Assembly: GCA_002245135.1 (NCBI GenBank)
Contig: NGBS01001160.1
Location: 62,001 to 126,000 of the forward strand
Reading direction: 5' to 3'
Source of the DNA: Proteromonas lacertae
Taxonomy: Eukaryota
Length of the DNA stretch: 64,000 nucleotides
In this document: positions 25,448 to 39,700 of the stretch, piece after piece
Position numbering within the stretch: position 1 is the stretch's first letter
How the letters are laid out: every line of letters starts with the position of its first letter
Notes under the pieces: model-generated
What the model saw: the letters and a program-made list of their open reading frames with translations, nothing else
What the model was told of the DNA's origin: nothing
The model's database searches: none
Made by a program: the position numbers and the translations under genes

Positions 25448-28400
25448 ATGTTTCCAGGCTTTGAAGGTAATTTGCCAGTATAATTATATATTTAATAAAA
25501 AATTAACTCTATTACTATTATCTAAATATGAATAGAATGGAATAGACTATTCTCTTCTCTCTTCTTTATTACAAACAGGCATGATGCCAGCAATAATGTC
25601 TGATGCAGAAAAATACCACAAGAGAAGTGAAAATGGCTTAGTAGGTCTTTTAAATCAGTATGATTTTAATTTATGTAAAATAGAGGTGCAACTTGCTATT
25701 TAAATTCATTATTGCAAGTACTATTCTTTGTTCCAGAGTTGCGTTACCATTTTCTGAGGTTAGATCCAAATTTACTAGGATCACAATATCTTGATGTATA
25801 TATTATTTTGTATACTTTATTAGAATAATGGTAGAATAATAACCAGTGAAAATAAAGAAGAACAAGAGAAGATCAATCAATCTGTAAGAACAATCCCATT
25901 GTATTTACAGCAGTTATACAGTGAATTATTACTGACCAATAAAGAAGCAATTTCAACAAAATTATTCACTTCCGAAGGATTAGGTTGGAAAAATAATGAA
26001 AATTTTGATCAACAAGATATAGCTGAATTAAACCGATTATTATTAGATTGGATAGAAAAATCATTAGTAAATATCGAGTCAATGAAGAATATAATACCTT
26101 ATTTATATGAAGGCACAGTAAGTCAAGTAATTGAATGCTCAGAATGTAAAAATAAAAGTGAAAGAGATGAAGTGATTAGAGATTTGATAGTTCCACTTTC
26201 TGGTGAAGATTTGATAGATTGTATTAACGAATATTTAAAAGTGGAAGAGTTAAAAGGTGATAATAAATACAATTGTGAAAAATGTAATAAAAAAGTAAAT
26301 GCTATGAAAGGAATGAAAATTAAAAAATTTGCTCCATTTCTTCAATTTTCATTGAATAGATTTGTGTATGATATGAGAACTTATCAAAGAAGAAAGTTAA
26401 ATAAAAGATGTGAGTTTCCACTAGTTATTGATACTTCTTTGTTTTTATCAGATAAAATAGAGAATATTAATGATATTAAATCAAAAATGATTTGGATAAC
26501 TGATTTACATGATTCAAGTGAGAAAATAAATGAAATTATTGATAAATCAAAATCATATGGTAATAATGGTAATATATATGATCTTGTAGCAATTGTGTGT
26601 CATAATGGAAGTGCATTTGGAGGTCATTATACAGTTTATATAAGAGATGTATTTAGTGAAGAAAGTGAAAGTACAAAGACAGAAGGAATTAATGAAGATA
26701 ATGAAGAAAATAATGAAGATGAAGATGATGTAGATTCTGTTTTACCTATATTTACTAATACTTGGCTTGATAAATTAATGAATTATTATTATACAATATT
26801 AATTGGTAAATTGGAAGAAAAAGGATTAAAGAATGGCGGACTATTTGAGTTAATTTTACAGCATTATTTTGAAGATTTTAAAAAAGGATGCGTTTCATTA
26901 GAAGATGATAAGTTTAAAACATTAATGAAGATTTATCATCATTCATATTTACAGAGTTGTTTTATTCCAGTAAATGATTATATAACAAAAGATAAACAAC
27001 ATTTCTTAGTGTGTAAAGATGATTTAAGACGTGATGCTATAATACTGAGAGAAATATCTAATGATGATTTAGAAAAGATATTAATTGAAGAAAGAACAAT
27101 TGTTACTAATAGTATATATAATTTTTTTATTATTTTTATGTATAGGTTTTAAAACACATGATGATGATGTGTGTAATATGAGTGAAAGTCTTAGTTGGAA
27201 TATAGATAATCAAATTACACTTTTGACCTTAGAGAATAAGCCATTTAGATCTGCACTTGAAATTGTTTTTATGTTATTTGATGTGTCAGTATATATATAT
27301 ATATTATTATAAATAGAGGAGTGATATAGGTGATTATAATAAACATAAAGAATATATAATCAATAAATGGTATAATGGAATATATGACAAGTGTTTTGGT
27401 AATTTAGAATTATATATAAAGAACAGTAAAGCTCTTAATGTTACTGAAGATTTTTGCATAACTCACAGAGGTGATACAGATTGTCATGAAGTTATGGATA
27501 TAATAAGAAATGAAAGAACTATAGTTGCTGATTGTATATATAATATATATATATATATTATATATATTTGAATAGATATTCGTAATTACAATGAAACTAA
27601 TCCAGATGATAAAATCTACTCTTTTGAGAACAGTAAAGAATTATATAATAAATATAAAAAAGAAATTCTTCCAAACATTGATGAAAATAAATTACCCTAT
27701 CTTAGTGGTTTAGAATTATTGATTACTGAGAGTAGTATATTAAGTAGAAATGGTGATAGTCAATTAGACTTGGGACTTAGTTTGTATAAAAAATGGAATG
27801 AAGTATTTTATGATAAATGTTTATGTGGTTTTGTTATATATTATAGAAAAAGTGAATTTATTGATGTATTGGAAAATAGTAAGAAAATTAGACTTTTTCC
27901 TTTTAAATTCAATAAATTAAAAAATGCAATTATGAATGAAAGGAATATGATGTTAATTGAGATGAATAGAATTGATGATTCTAATATCACATTTTCACAA
28001 GAGAGTTATGATGATTTGATAAATCATTATAAAAGAAGTATTAAAGATATTGAATTCTTAGAACCTGGCCCATTTGAATTGTTGTTAAATAATGTATTAT
28101 TCATTTATTAATTATATAGATAAAACAACCAGAACAACTTTCATTTTTTATATCAAGAATAAAAGCTGAATGGGCAAGTTGCTTTCAACATTTTTATGGC
28201 TATCCTGAAATGTACATTAGAAAATGTAAATTGTTAAAAGTTTATAAAGACTTAGGATGTGAAATGATCAAATTAAATACTTTCCAAAAGAATGATTTAT
28301 TAGATCTGATTGCTCAAGAAAGAGAAGAAGTTAGAAAATGTATATATATATTATTATTATTATATATTATATATTATAATATCCAAATAGATAATATTAA

Positions 28401-31370
28401 AAGCAAATTGAATATGAATGATATTTTACATCCAAGTGATAAAATATCAACAAAACAAAAGAAAATCAATACTGCAAATGAAAAGAAAATCAATAAATAT
28501 TTTGGTAAATGGTATTATTTCAATGATGATAAAGTAACACAATTATCAAATATATTTGGGCTTGAAGATATGTTTGGTGATAATAAAAGTCCAGCTAATG
28601 GATATATGCTATTTTATAGAAGTAGAATATTGAATAAAGACAATACAAATGGAATATTAATACCTAAGATTATATATAACAAAGTACCAGAATTTTGGTC
28701 TTCTAAAATTGAAAATGAAAATAGTGAATTTGATAAGAAGTATGAAGAAGAGCAAAAAGAAATGAAGAAGAAAGAAATACAATTAAAATCTGTAAATATT
28801 CATATTTATACTGAAAAATCAATAGAAATTACAGATGATGTTGTTTTAAAAGTATATATATATATATATTGTTTTCGTTATATTTATAATTATTAAATAG
28901 TATAAAGAAGATACAGATGAAAAAGAAAGTCAATACTTTGAAAAAACTTTGAAGTTTAGTGAATTGCAGAAAAAATTTAAGGAAGTATTAAAGATTAATT
29001 CAAATGAAAATATACATATATACAGATTAATATCAGTTCAAAATAAATGCACTTCTCCAGAGTATAAAGGATTAAAGTATTATCATATTGACAAAGAAAT
29101 TAAACCTTTTGGACAGAATGATGAATTAGTTACTGAATTAGGAATTGAAAATGGAGATAACCACTTGATTCTAACAGATTCATATGTAAAGAGTCATGTT
29201 TTAGCTATTGGTTCTCAAAATGAACCAATTATTACAACATTTCATATATTATACCTTGATCAAAAAGTAGATACAAAGATCTTTCCATATGGCATTAACA
29301 AATCCAATATGGTTTCTAGATTATTCTATATATCAGCTTCATTATTAGGAACTGAAAAAGATGAAATAAGAATAAGTTACAAGAAACATTCAAAGAAAAC
29401 TGGTAAAGCATTTGCTGATATGATAAAAGATGATATAACATCAGAATCAACCACAATTGAAGAATATTTCAAAGATACTGACAATATTGAAATATATGTT
29501 GAGAAGAAAACTGAGTCTTATAATGGTAGAATGTTAGTGTTTAGAGAATTGGATAAAGAATCTTCATCTACTGATGTATTATTTATTAATTAATTATTGT
29601 TAATATTTTAATAGTTGAATATTTATCTACAAAATAAGAATAATACTCCTCAATTATTACTCTCCAAATCGTTTTTATCAACACTTCATTTGAGAGAATT
29701 TTGTGATATATTAAAGCAATATATTCCAGATGATTGTAAAGAATGGTGTTTAGAATATACTTTACCATTTCAAGAAGGATTGCCATCTAGAGCATTAAGT
29801 AATATTATTTATATTATATAATATATTATAGAATTGAGAAATAATGAAGCAAAATATGTTAAAGATGTAAAAGATTTAACATTACATTTATATGAAAAAT
29901 CATTACTAGAAGATGAAATTGAATTATATTGCAGTTTATGGAATGAAAAAGGAGTGTCAATAGAAACATTAAAGACTGTTATTGATAGAAGATTAACAGT
30001 CTACGAATTAAAGAAGCAGTTGTTTGCTTTATTTGATATAGCAAAAGAACCAAAGAAAGATCATCCAGAAGAGAATGATGATAAAGAAAAAGAAAAGGAA
30101 GAAGAAGAAGAAACTCCTGAAGAAATCGAATATAAACAGTTGTTAGATAATAGAAGAGTAGTGAAAATACCACAAAGTGGACCAATAAAACCACTTAATG
30201 AGGAGAATAGAACAATTATTCAAGTTGGATTGAATCATGGTGATTACATAAGTTTAGAAAACCACAAACCATTGATAAAAGGAAATGTTATTGTAAAAAT
30301 CAACTTATTTGATAGTATGAAGACTGATTTTAGTGATATTTACCCATCCGATTCTGAGTATAAGAAAGAAGAAGCATATGAATTATCAATGAAGATGAGA
30401 GAATCCACAGTAATACCACTAGGAGATGGAATAATGATAGAAGAAAATAAGAAAATAGGTGATTTAAAGAGATTATTAATGAATAATGAAATAGTTGTAG
30501 AAAAAGCAAAGGAAATGAAAATTGAAGATTTTACTGTGAATAATATTAGAATACATGAGTATTATAATGATAAGAAAAGTCCATATTTCTATGTATATAT
30601 TATTATTATTATTATTATTATCAATAGTCTACAGGTAAATTATTCCATGATGCTTTCTCAATTAAACAACTAGATTCAAAGAATAAAGAATATATTTGTG
30701 TTTTAACTACAGAACAAATTATCATTTCTCCATCTGATATTTATTATAATTTGTTGGTATAATGATTATATATATTTATCTAATAAATAGATTATGCCTC
30801 ATAATGAACGTAAACCAAAATGGCCATATGATGAAATCATTATCAGAAAACCAAAGAATTATAATATTACCTATTTTGAAGTTGTAAATGCAATTAGTAA
30901 TAAAACAAAGATTGATAAAGACTTCTTGTTGTGTGCAATGTTATTGAAAGATTGGACATGGAAGATATTATCACCATCTGTGGGAAAGAGACGTGAGAAA
31001 TTTGAATATCCTGAATATTGTGTTATTTGGGCATTTAGTATAGAGAAAATAAAAATTGCAATAAAACCAGAATTTTTAAGAAGAGATGATATTGAGAATT
31101 ATCTAGATATTAAACAAAAAGAAATATTAGCCAATAAGAAGAGTAAAAGTATAGTTCATCATTTATTACATATATATATTATGAATAGAGAAAGTAAAGC
31201 CAAGAGAAAATGACTTAAAATTAGGAGTTCAATTGCAATTTTCACCATCTACTCCTGATAGTGAAGTTACTACTAAACAAGAAGAGATGGAATGGAGTTG
31301 CAGTCAATGTACTTTTATAAATTCAGCAAATCTTCAAAGTTGTGAAATATGTGGATTTCCAAGAAAATAA
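25448..31370 (+). CDS. Large ubiquitin-specific protease (USP40/USP47-like) with C-terminal NZF/RanBP2 zinc finger
   Basis: Cys box GLLNQGATCYLNSLLQ, QQDIAE, His box HNGSAFGGHY, WYYFND, GYMLFYR; ends WSCSQCTFIN....CEICGFPRK*. Confidence 0.85.
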
Positions 31371-31464
31371 TGATATGAAGTATTGTTTTTATTATTATTA
31401 TTATTTTATCGCTATTTTTTACTTATGGGAAATAAATCAACAACATTCAAAAAAAAAGTATTGT

Positions 31465-32151
31465 TTATTCTTGTTTCTCAAGTTGTGCATTTCTTCTTTC
31501 TTTTACTTCAAAGTTGTACACACGAGCCATATTTACTTCCACAGTAATTGATTGACATCTAATAAATGCTAAATCTTCATCTGTATCTTTCTAACAACCA
31601 ATATAAATAAATATCCTATACCAGTCTTTGTGCTGCAGTATTATAATTCTGTTGTAACAATGCAACAGCTTCATCATATGTGTATTCTACCATTACATTG
31701 GCTCCTAACCATATACACACTGTGCCTGTACTATCAACAGTTGCTTTGGTATAAACATTATCAGCTAAAGAGTAATATGTTTCGATATTTTCACCAGATT
31801 CCTAAACAAATAAAATCACAATATTATACTGTTTTTTTCTTTAATAGTTTAACCATATCTAATGTTTTTGCAATTTCTGGTACTTTTAACTTTAATTGCT
31901 TTTTAGTATCAGTCAAATGTCGTTCCATATATTTATACTTCCTATAATAGCAATAATATACCTACAAATATACTGATATAATTGATTCATTTCAGCAATC
32001 AATGTATCTCCTGTAAATCCATTCTTTGTTAGAAATACTTTTATATCACCCTAAAATAAAACATAAATCATACAATATAGACTGCTTTTGGAATTCCTCT
32101 TGGATTTCTTTCACCAATAATTAAATGCTCTTTTGTTGATGGAGTTGACAT
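31465..32151 (-). CDS. VBP1: Prefoldin subunit 3 (missed by the ORF track)
   Basis: Spliced NPRGIPKA, KYKYME, LADNVYTKA, VCIWLGANVMVEY, EVNMARVYN. Confidence 0.92.
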
Positions 32152-32211
32152 TTAAAAAAAAGAAATAATGTTTGGCTTGACTTTAGCCGTTTCAATTTAT
32201 TAAAAATTAAA

Positions 32212-32681
32212 ATGTCTTCAACAACCATGGATGAAAAACGTGTGCAGAAGTTTGCTGCTTCTACTCATCTATATGTATATCGAATGAAATATCTTTTTAG
32301 GAGAAAGGATGTACTGAACAACTAGATCAGACAAGACACATCCGACCGCCACCAAAAGTAGTACTTCCTGAGTATAATGAAGATATGTGGAGAGATCCTT
32401 ACGATGTTCCTGAAAATTTCACCAGCAGTATAGTTTTTAGTTATAATATCATAGAAAAACCATTTCCAGATAGAGTACAACAACACCCATGTTATACAAC
32501 TAACAATAACGAATATGGTTTAAAAGAAATAGGAGATGCTGATAGAATATCGAAATATTATGGATTGAATGGCAATTTCACAAGAAAATTCAATGGAATA
32601 ATGTATTGTAATGAAGGATTGATATGTGGAATGACAAAAAGTAAAGTTCATTCTTCATTAGATCAAAATCTAAGCTCTTAG
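32212..32681 (+). CDS. PIERCE1/2 (C9orf116/FAP182, DUF4490)-like axonemal microtubule inner protein
   Basis: HPCYTTNNNEYG...GNFTRKF.G.MY.N.GL...TKSKVH resembles the DUF4490 pattern (from memory). Confidence 0.6.
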
Positions 32682-32751
32682 ATGCGTATTTTAATTTTTA
32701 CTCTATTTTAATTCTTTATATATACATGAAAATTTCTTTTGTTAAAAATGT

Positions 32752-32767
32752 GGTGCTTAAAAGCACC
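32752..32767 (-). promoter_or_regulatory. Histone mRNA 3' stem-loop
   Basis: Minus strand GGTGCT-TTTA-AGCACC: 6-bp stem, 4-nt loop, 29 nt after the H2A stop. Confidence 0.85.
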
Positions 32768-32796
32768 TGATAGTTTTTAAATAAAAACATTTTTGT

Positions 32797-33189
32797 TTAC
32801 TCAGCATCAGATTCATCTTTGCTGTTCTTCTTTGGTAATAAAGCAGGTTCAATATTAGCAAGAACACCACCAGCTGCAATTGTTACATTAGAGAATAACT
32901 TTGATAATTCTTCATCGTTTCTAATGGCTAATTGAATGTGTCTTGGAACGATTCTGCTCTTCTTGTTATCTCTTACAGCATTTCCTGCTAATTCTAATAC
33001 TTCAGCAACTAAATATTCAATGACTGAACATAAGTAAACTGGAGCTGAAGCACCAATACGTTCAGCTACATTCAATTCTCTCATGTATCTTGCAATACGA
33101 CCTACTGGGAATGATAAACCAGCTTTGGCTGAACGTGATACAGCTTTACCAGCACCCTTACCTCTTCCTCCTTTGCCTTTACCTGACAT
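32797..33189 (-). CDS. H2A: Histone H2A, intronless
   Basis: [42 protein letters not shown]. Confidence 0.97.
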   Translation of the reverse strand: MSGKGKGGRGKGAGKAVSRSAKAGLSFPVGRIARYMRELNVAERIGASAPVYLCSVIEYLVAEVLELAGNAVRDNKKSRIVPRHIQLAIRNDEELSKLFSNVTIAAGGVLANIEPALLPKKNSKDESDAE

Positions 33190-33527
33190 GTTTATGAAAG
33201 TTTAAGTGAATATAAAACTTTAAGAAAAGTGAAAATGAAAGTTTTATAAAAAATTATGAAACTTCAAGCTTTCTCAAGTTTGAGTTATTGGTAGCCAATG
33301 AAAATGCTTTAAACTATAAGATCAAAAATAAGATCCACTTCTATCAGCAAATCAGCTGGTTTTATTTTTTTACTTTTTATTTTCTTACTGTGAAGTTGAA
33401 ATCATTAGATTATATGTGAAAAAAGAGAAGCAGTGTTGGTATTTGTGTTAGATAGGGGTAATACACGTTACGTTATGAATTTTCAAATACAACAAACATT
33501 AAATGATATACAAACAAACATTACTTA

Positions 33528-36500
33528 TTAGATTATCACACAACATGATTTATTCACATCTTTATTTTCATTCTTCTCTCCATCCATTATTTCATTTACT
33601 TTATCTTCCTCTTGTATTTCACTTGATAAATTTTTTATATTATAAACTTTTTCTTTCTTTTCTAATTGTAAATCATTATCTACTCAAAATATAGATATAT
33701 AACAAATATATAATATACTTGAAACACTAACACATTCCGACAAATATATGTTTTTAATACTCGAGTAATCATGTTTTTTGTGACATTTCCTATTCTTTTC
33801 AATACAATAATTCAAGTAATAATCATATTCCTTTTTTGTCCATGATTTACATTTCATTTCAATGAATGGGTATTTTTCTTTTTCTAATGATTTACTGCAT
33901 ATACTTTCCAATCCACACATACCTATTTTGTTTCCTTGTAATTTTATTATTTCACATTTTCCTAATGTATCTAATCTATTTGCTAATAATATTACACTCT
34001 TATCATTTATCCCAGTATTACTCAAATTCATAACACCATTGTAATCTACTAACATATCTAATATTAACATGTCTGATAAGAATTTAAACCCTATATTACC
34101 AATTGGATTATCTATTTAACAAATACATATTTCTAAATACTATACTATATATCAACAACTTCTCTATGTCATAATAATTTTTCATAAAAAACAATAAATA
34201 TTCTATTCCGTCTGAATGTATGTTGTTATTACTGACATTAATCCTCAGTTTTACTTCATTATTCATTATACCAACAAGTAACAAAAGATTCGTATATTGA
34301 ATAAACCTTATTCTCTTTAAACCAGCTAATACAAACTGAAATCCATATGTAGTTAAACCCATTTCTATTAATTAGATAAAGCAATTTTTATACTGGAACA
34401 ATTAAGTGTATTACCATCCATTAATAGAGACAAATTTGGAGACAGTTTTATCATCCCTACATCTCCTATCATATTTCCATATAAATGTATTTTTTTAATA
34501 CATGTAAATGAAGATATATTGTTTATTAGAAGTTTCACACTTTTATTAGTTAGTTTATTATCTAAATAATAAAGAGATATCAATTTTTAATACAACTCAA
34601 ATCTAACATCTCTATTTCTTTAAATTCTTTCAATCTATAATAAACCAATGATCTGAATAAAACATCATCAATTGTAGAATTGCTGAGATTTGTCACATCC
34701 TTTTTATCTTTAATATATTTCAATAATTCTGGAATGTCTTTATCAATCAATAATTCTTTATTACCATCATAATCAAATTCAATTTTTGAAATAGGAAATT
34801 TGGAGAATAGTACTTTTAATCCTTTTGAATGAATGTTGTTGTTTTTTCTAATGTTTATTCTGTTTAGATATGGATATTTATATAATTCTTTTGATAATAA
34901 TATTATTGATTTATCATTTAAATTCATATCTAAAATATTTAGTTCATTATCTTCATCGATTAATAAACATAAAGAATTAATTAATAACATCAATCCTTTT
35001 TCATCAATTGGATTAGCTATTAAACAAAATATAAAAATGGAATGATAAATACATGTAAGATTAACATACTGCAATTTCATAAAGTAGACTGATTTTAAGA
35101 ATATTTCAATGAAAGAAGAAGAAATATTATACCTCGATAAACTTAATTCCTGCAAATCTGACAGCTGAGAAAATAATGATGCAAAGTGAGGATGGAGTTT
35201 GACAGGTATATCTAATCCATCATAATCTAAAAATATAATGATCAAAACTATACTAAATTTCAGTTTTGTTGGATTAATTACTTTCAATACTTTGAACAAA
35301 TAATCAATTCCTTCTTTGCATAAACAAAAACATTTTGAATCAACTGTGATTATGTCTTTGTTATTTTTCTCAGTATGAAGATTAAATATCATTTCATCCA
35401 AATAAAATTCTTCATCTTCTTGACATTGATGGCTTATGTGATATTTCAATTTGTCTTTTATTAAATAATCATCCTTGTGTATTTTCATCATCAATAATAT
35501 TGATAATATTCTTTCATTTGGTTTATTATTGTAAATTTTTATTAGTCTATTCTTTATTTCTATTTTAATATATTTATTGAATTTATAATATATTTATACT
35601 GCAATAATCATTAAGTGGAAGATAATACTCAGGTGGAAATATTATTTCCATCATAAGTACAAAAAAGTCATTATTATATAACGTTTCTTTTCTTTCTTTA
35701 CACATCATCATATAATTATCTTCATCTTTCAGCATTTCACTCATTTTTGTCATTTCTTCATTCACCTCTTTCAAATCCAATCTATCCTTATTATTCACCT
35801 TTAGCATTCTTTTTATCATTTCTTTCATTATATCATCACATTCCACATCTATAATGTATTTACATCTCATAATATTCTCTTTTATTTTATTCATATTATT
35901 ATCTTCATTGAATGGTAATTTCTTAAATATCATTTCATAGAATATACAACCAATTGACCATATCACACTTCTTTCATTAATTTCTAATCCACTTAATTCT
36001 TCTGGGCTTTTGAAGCATATATCATATATTCTGATATCTTCTTCTTTTCTAATAGTATCTACAAGTAAGTCACAGATTTTCATATCATCATACACATCAC
36101 CATTAATTTCATATATTAAGTTAGAACTCTTCATATTACCAACCACCACATCATATTCTCTCAATATCATCAGCATATTACATACTGAATATATTACACT
36201 ATATACATCATTACTTGAAAATGATTTCCTATTAATTATCTCTTCCAAATCAATATCATAATATTTTCTTGATATTATTATATGATCGCTATATTTATTC
36301 AGTTGAAATGCTTTAGAAGAATAAATGAAGAGGGAACAACAATCTTCAATCAAGCAGTAATTTTCATATAATTTTAAAATTAATTTTTCTTTTATTCCTT
36401 TTATATTCAATATTTTCAACATTGAAAATTCATTTTGATGTTGTAATTTGTAATCTACTTCATTATTACTCTTTTCTAACCTTTCTATTACCTAAATTAT

Positions 36501-36581
36501 ATAAATTAAAAATAATACATTAGTATTCGTTGGTAATATTGAGCGTACTACATCATCTTCAATAGTAAATAACAAAAACAT
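33528..36581 (-). CDS. Pseudokinase + RI-like LRR protein with C-terminal CaaX (SCCVII)
   Basis: Kinase fold with VVGNMKSSNL, ICDLL, SPEE, IWSIGCIFYEM; LRR LxLxxNxI repeats; last exon ends KSCCVII*. Confidence 0.7.
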
Positions 36582-36710
36582 CACCGTAAAATTAAACGGA
36601 TATATTTTTTATTTTCGATTTTTATTATAAGAATAATCAAACTCTCAAAATAAACTTAGTAATATCATATAATAGATTATTTATTATATAATTCATTTTA
36701 TTTCACATAT

Positions 36711-39700
36711 TTAAAAAAATGGATCATCATCAGTTGTAGTTGAAGGAGCAGCATTATCTGTTGAAGTAAATAAATCATCACCTAAAATATCAGCATTAGA
36801 TGCATTTGTCTCAGAAGGCTGAACATTATCTGAACCGAATATATCATCAATATTATCTTTTGGTTTTTCTTCAGCTTTTTCTTTAGGAGCTGTTTTTGGA
36901 GTTGAAGTTTTCTTTACTGTTGTTTTTGGTGTTGTTTTTGATTTTGATTCAGTTTTTGGTTTGGTTGATTTCTCAGCTTTTGGCTTTTCTTCTTTTGAAG
37001 TTGCTGGTTTATCTTCTTTTGGCTTTTCCTCTTTAGCTTCTTTAGGTTTTACTTCCTTTGGCTTTTCCTCTTTTGGCTTATCTGTCTTTGGTTTCTCCTC
37101 CTTAGGTTTCTCTTCTTTGGATTTTTCTACTTTTGGTTTTTCCTCTTTAGCTTCTTTAGGTTTCTCTGTTTTTGGTTTTTCCTCCTTAGGTTTCTCTTCT
37201 TTAGGTTTTTCTACTTTGGGTTTCTCTTCTTTGGGTTTTTCCTCTTTAGGTTTTTCTTCTCTTGGCTTCTCATCAGAATGATGATGTGATGAAGATTCAT
37301 GATGATGTCTTGATGATTCATGATGATGAGAAGATTCGTAGTGATGATGATCACTTGGTTCTCTATGATGGTGTTTATCATCTGTATGATGTTTAGATGA
37401 TTCATGATGATGTGAAGACTCGTGATGATGTCTGGAACTTTCATGATGTCTAGATGATTCATGGTGGTGTCTAGATGATTCGTGATGATGTCTATCATCT
37501 TTAACATTACTACTACTCTTACTGGCTGATGATCTAGAATTCATTTTCTGTAATCTAGCTTCTTTTTCTTTCTCTAATTCAGCTGGTGTTTTATATCTAC
37601 TATCTTTCTTTTTAGCTTGAAAATGTTGCGGTTTATTCAAATCAATATCGGATATATCATTTACACTTGAACCTCTACCTTTATGATGTTTTCTCTTTGT
37701 ATCTTCTTCTTCATCAGAACTTCCACTATCATCATCTCTTCTTACCGTATAACTGATCTTTGGTGTATTTCTACCAGATCTGAAATGTCTGCCTTTTGAT
37801 AAGGGTGTTAATTTCTCACCATCTAAATCTTCTGGTTTTAATTCAACAACTTCAATTTCTTCTTGATATCCTTCCATTTCATCATCACTACCTCCTTGTA
37901 AATAATTAGGATTTTGTTTTCTTAATTCTTCATCTGTTAACTCAAGATTCTCACCTGGTAATCCTTTAATCACTGGAGCTTCATGATATATGAATTGAAT
38001 ATCAATGAATTGTTCTGAACTTGATTCATTATTCTCATATTTATCTTCTACATCAAATTCTTCACCAATCCATTTATCTAAATCTAATCCTTCAGGAACT
38101 GGAACTTTCTTCTGTGCTTTGGAACTAACTGGGGCAATTTCATTAAACTCTAAATCACTTAATAACATCAAATCATGTTTAGGAATTCCACTTTCTGTGG
38201 TTGGTAATGGATTTCCTTCCTCATCAACTAGTTCAGGCATTTCATTTTCAGGTTCTGGTGGTGGATTAATACCTCCTTTATTAGTATTATTGTTCTTATT
38301 ATCAGTGATTTTTCTAAAGTGTTTTATTTGTATCTTTAAACATGGATCTAATGACATTAATAATGATTGAATTGAAGAAGCTCTTTCTTGAACTTCTACA
38401 TCATATGCTCGAACATATGGTTCAAGATTTGAGGCTATAAACATACCAACTTCTCTTAACTTCAATAACAAACTATCTTCACTTTCTTCACCATCTTCAC
38501 CACTCTTTAACTTCTTTACTAATGAAATATATAACTTTATCACACATTGTATAAACAAAGCTTGAATATTGGCTTGAACATTCAATATTTCATTTCTCAA
38601 TAATATCTTCAAAGTTTCTGTATGTTGTTTTATAGTTAGTGATTCAGGATATTCACCAACTATCCAACTAGCAGCACATAATACAGAATCTAACGCATTT
38701 CCATCTAAAAATGAAGCATCTGATAATAATGGTAACATAGTTTCAACAGCATATTGTCTTAACTCAGGAACTCTAATAACAATATCTAATAATTGGCTTC
38801 TTATTAAATCGCCATGTTTTGAACCTTTCATATATGATAAATCAACTAATATTGATAAATACCATGCAAAATTAGACATGTATTTATATTTACCACAACT
38901 ACACATATCAATTACTTTTTCTATTAAAATATCACGATATCTTATATCATCAGTCTTATCCATATGAACCAATAGTTTTTCAACAAGAGTTTCTAAATTT
39001 TTAGTCGTTTTCATTCCTGCAATTAATTCTAATGCTCTTATTCTAATGGTGATATCTTCATCATCTAAACAATCACTTATATTCTCCATCAATGTCATTA
39101 CAATCTTTGAATCAAACTTCATTAAGGTAATTAAACCAACTAAACCAACATATTTCAAATTTGGATCACTTGATAATATAAATTCTTTTAATTTTGATAA
39201 ACATAATTCAGCTGCTTCTGGTGCAGCTTTTGGTAAACTTCCATCACTTCCTTTACAATAACTTAATGCTAATGCTAACGTATTTAAACATTCAAATTGT
39301 AATGATTTTGATTTACTATCAGTTATTAATCTTGTTAATGGTTCAAGCATCTTTCGAGCTAATCTTGGTTCAACAGTGAAGAGAGTTCCTAATAATTTTA
39401 CTACCTTTATTAACATCCAAACCTTATTAGTATTCTTTAATAAAGTAAAGAAGAATGGAGCTAATGCTAGATAATTACTTGGCTTCTTATTGGCTAATTC
39501 ACAGATTACACATACGGAGGCTGATACTACATTCATATCTTCATCTTCTAATTTGGTTTTAAGTTGTTCAAATGTCATTGCTAATGCTGGTGGATATTTC
39601 AAATACATTTTGTATAAACATAAAACAGCCTTCTTTCGAATGTATGGTTTTTGGTTGTTCAATAACGCAACTACATCGTCTAGTAAATCTGTGGCTAAGT

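Noticed and set aside
31140..31213. Apparent early stop in the USP gene
   Set aside because: An intron leads in frame to KPRENDLKL and the NZF exon.
36961..37507. Antisense and alternate-frame ORFs with (GFSSL)n and IIMN repeats
   Set aside because: Shadows of the AP3D1 EEKPK and HHESS coding repeats.
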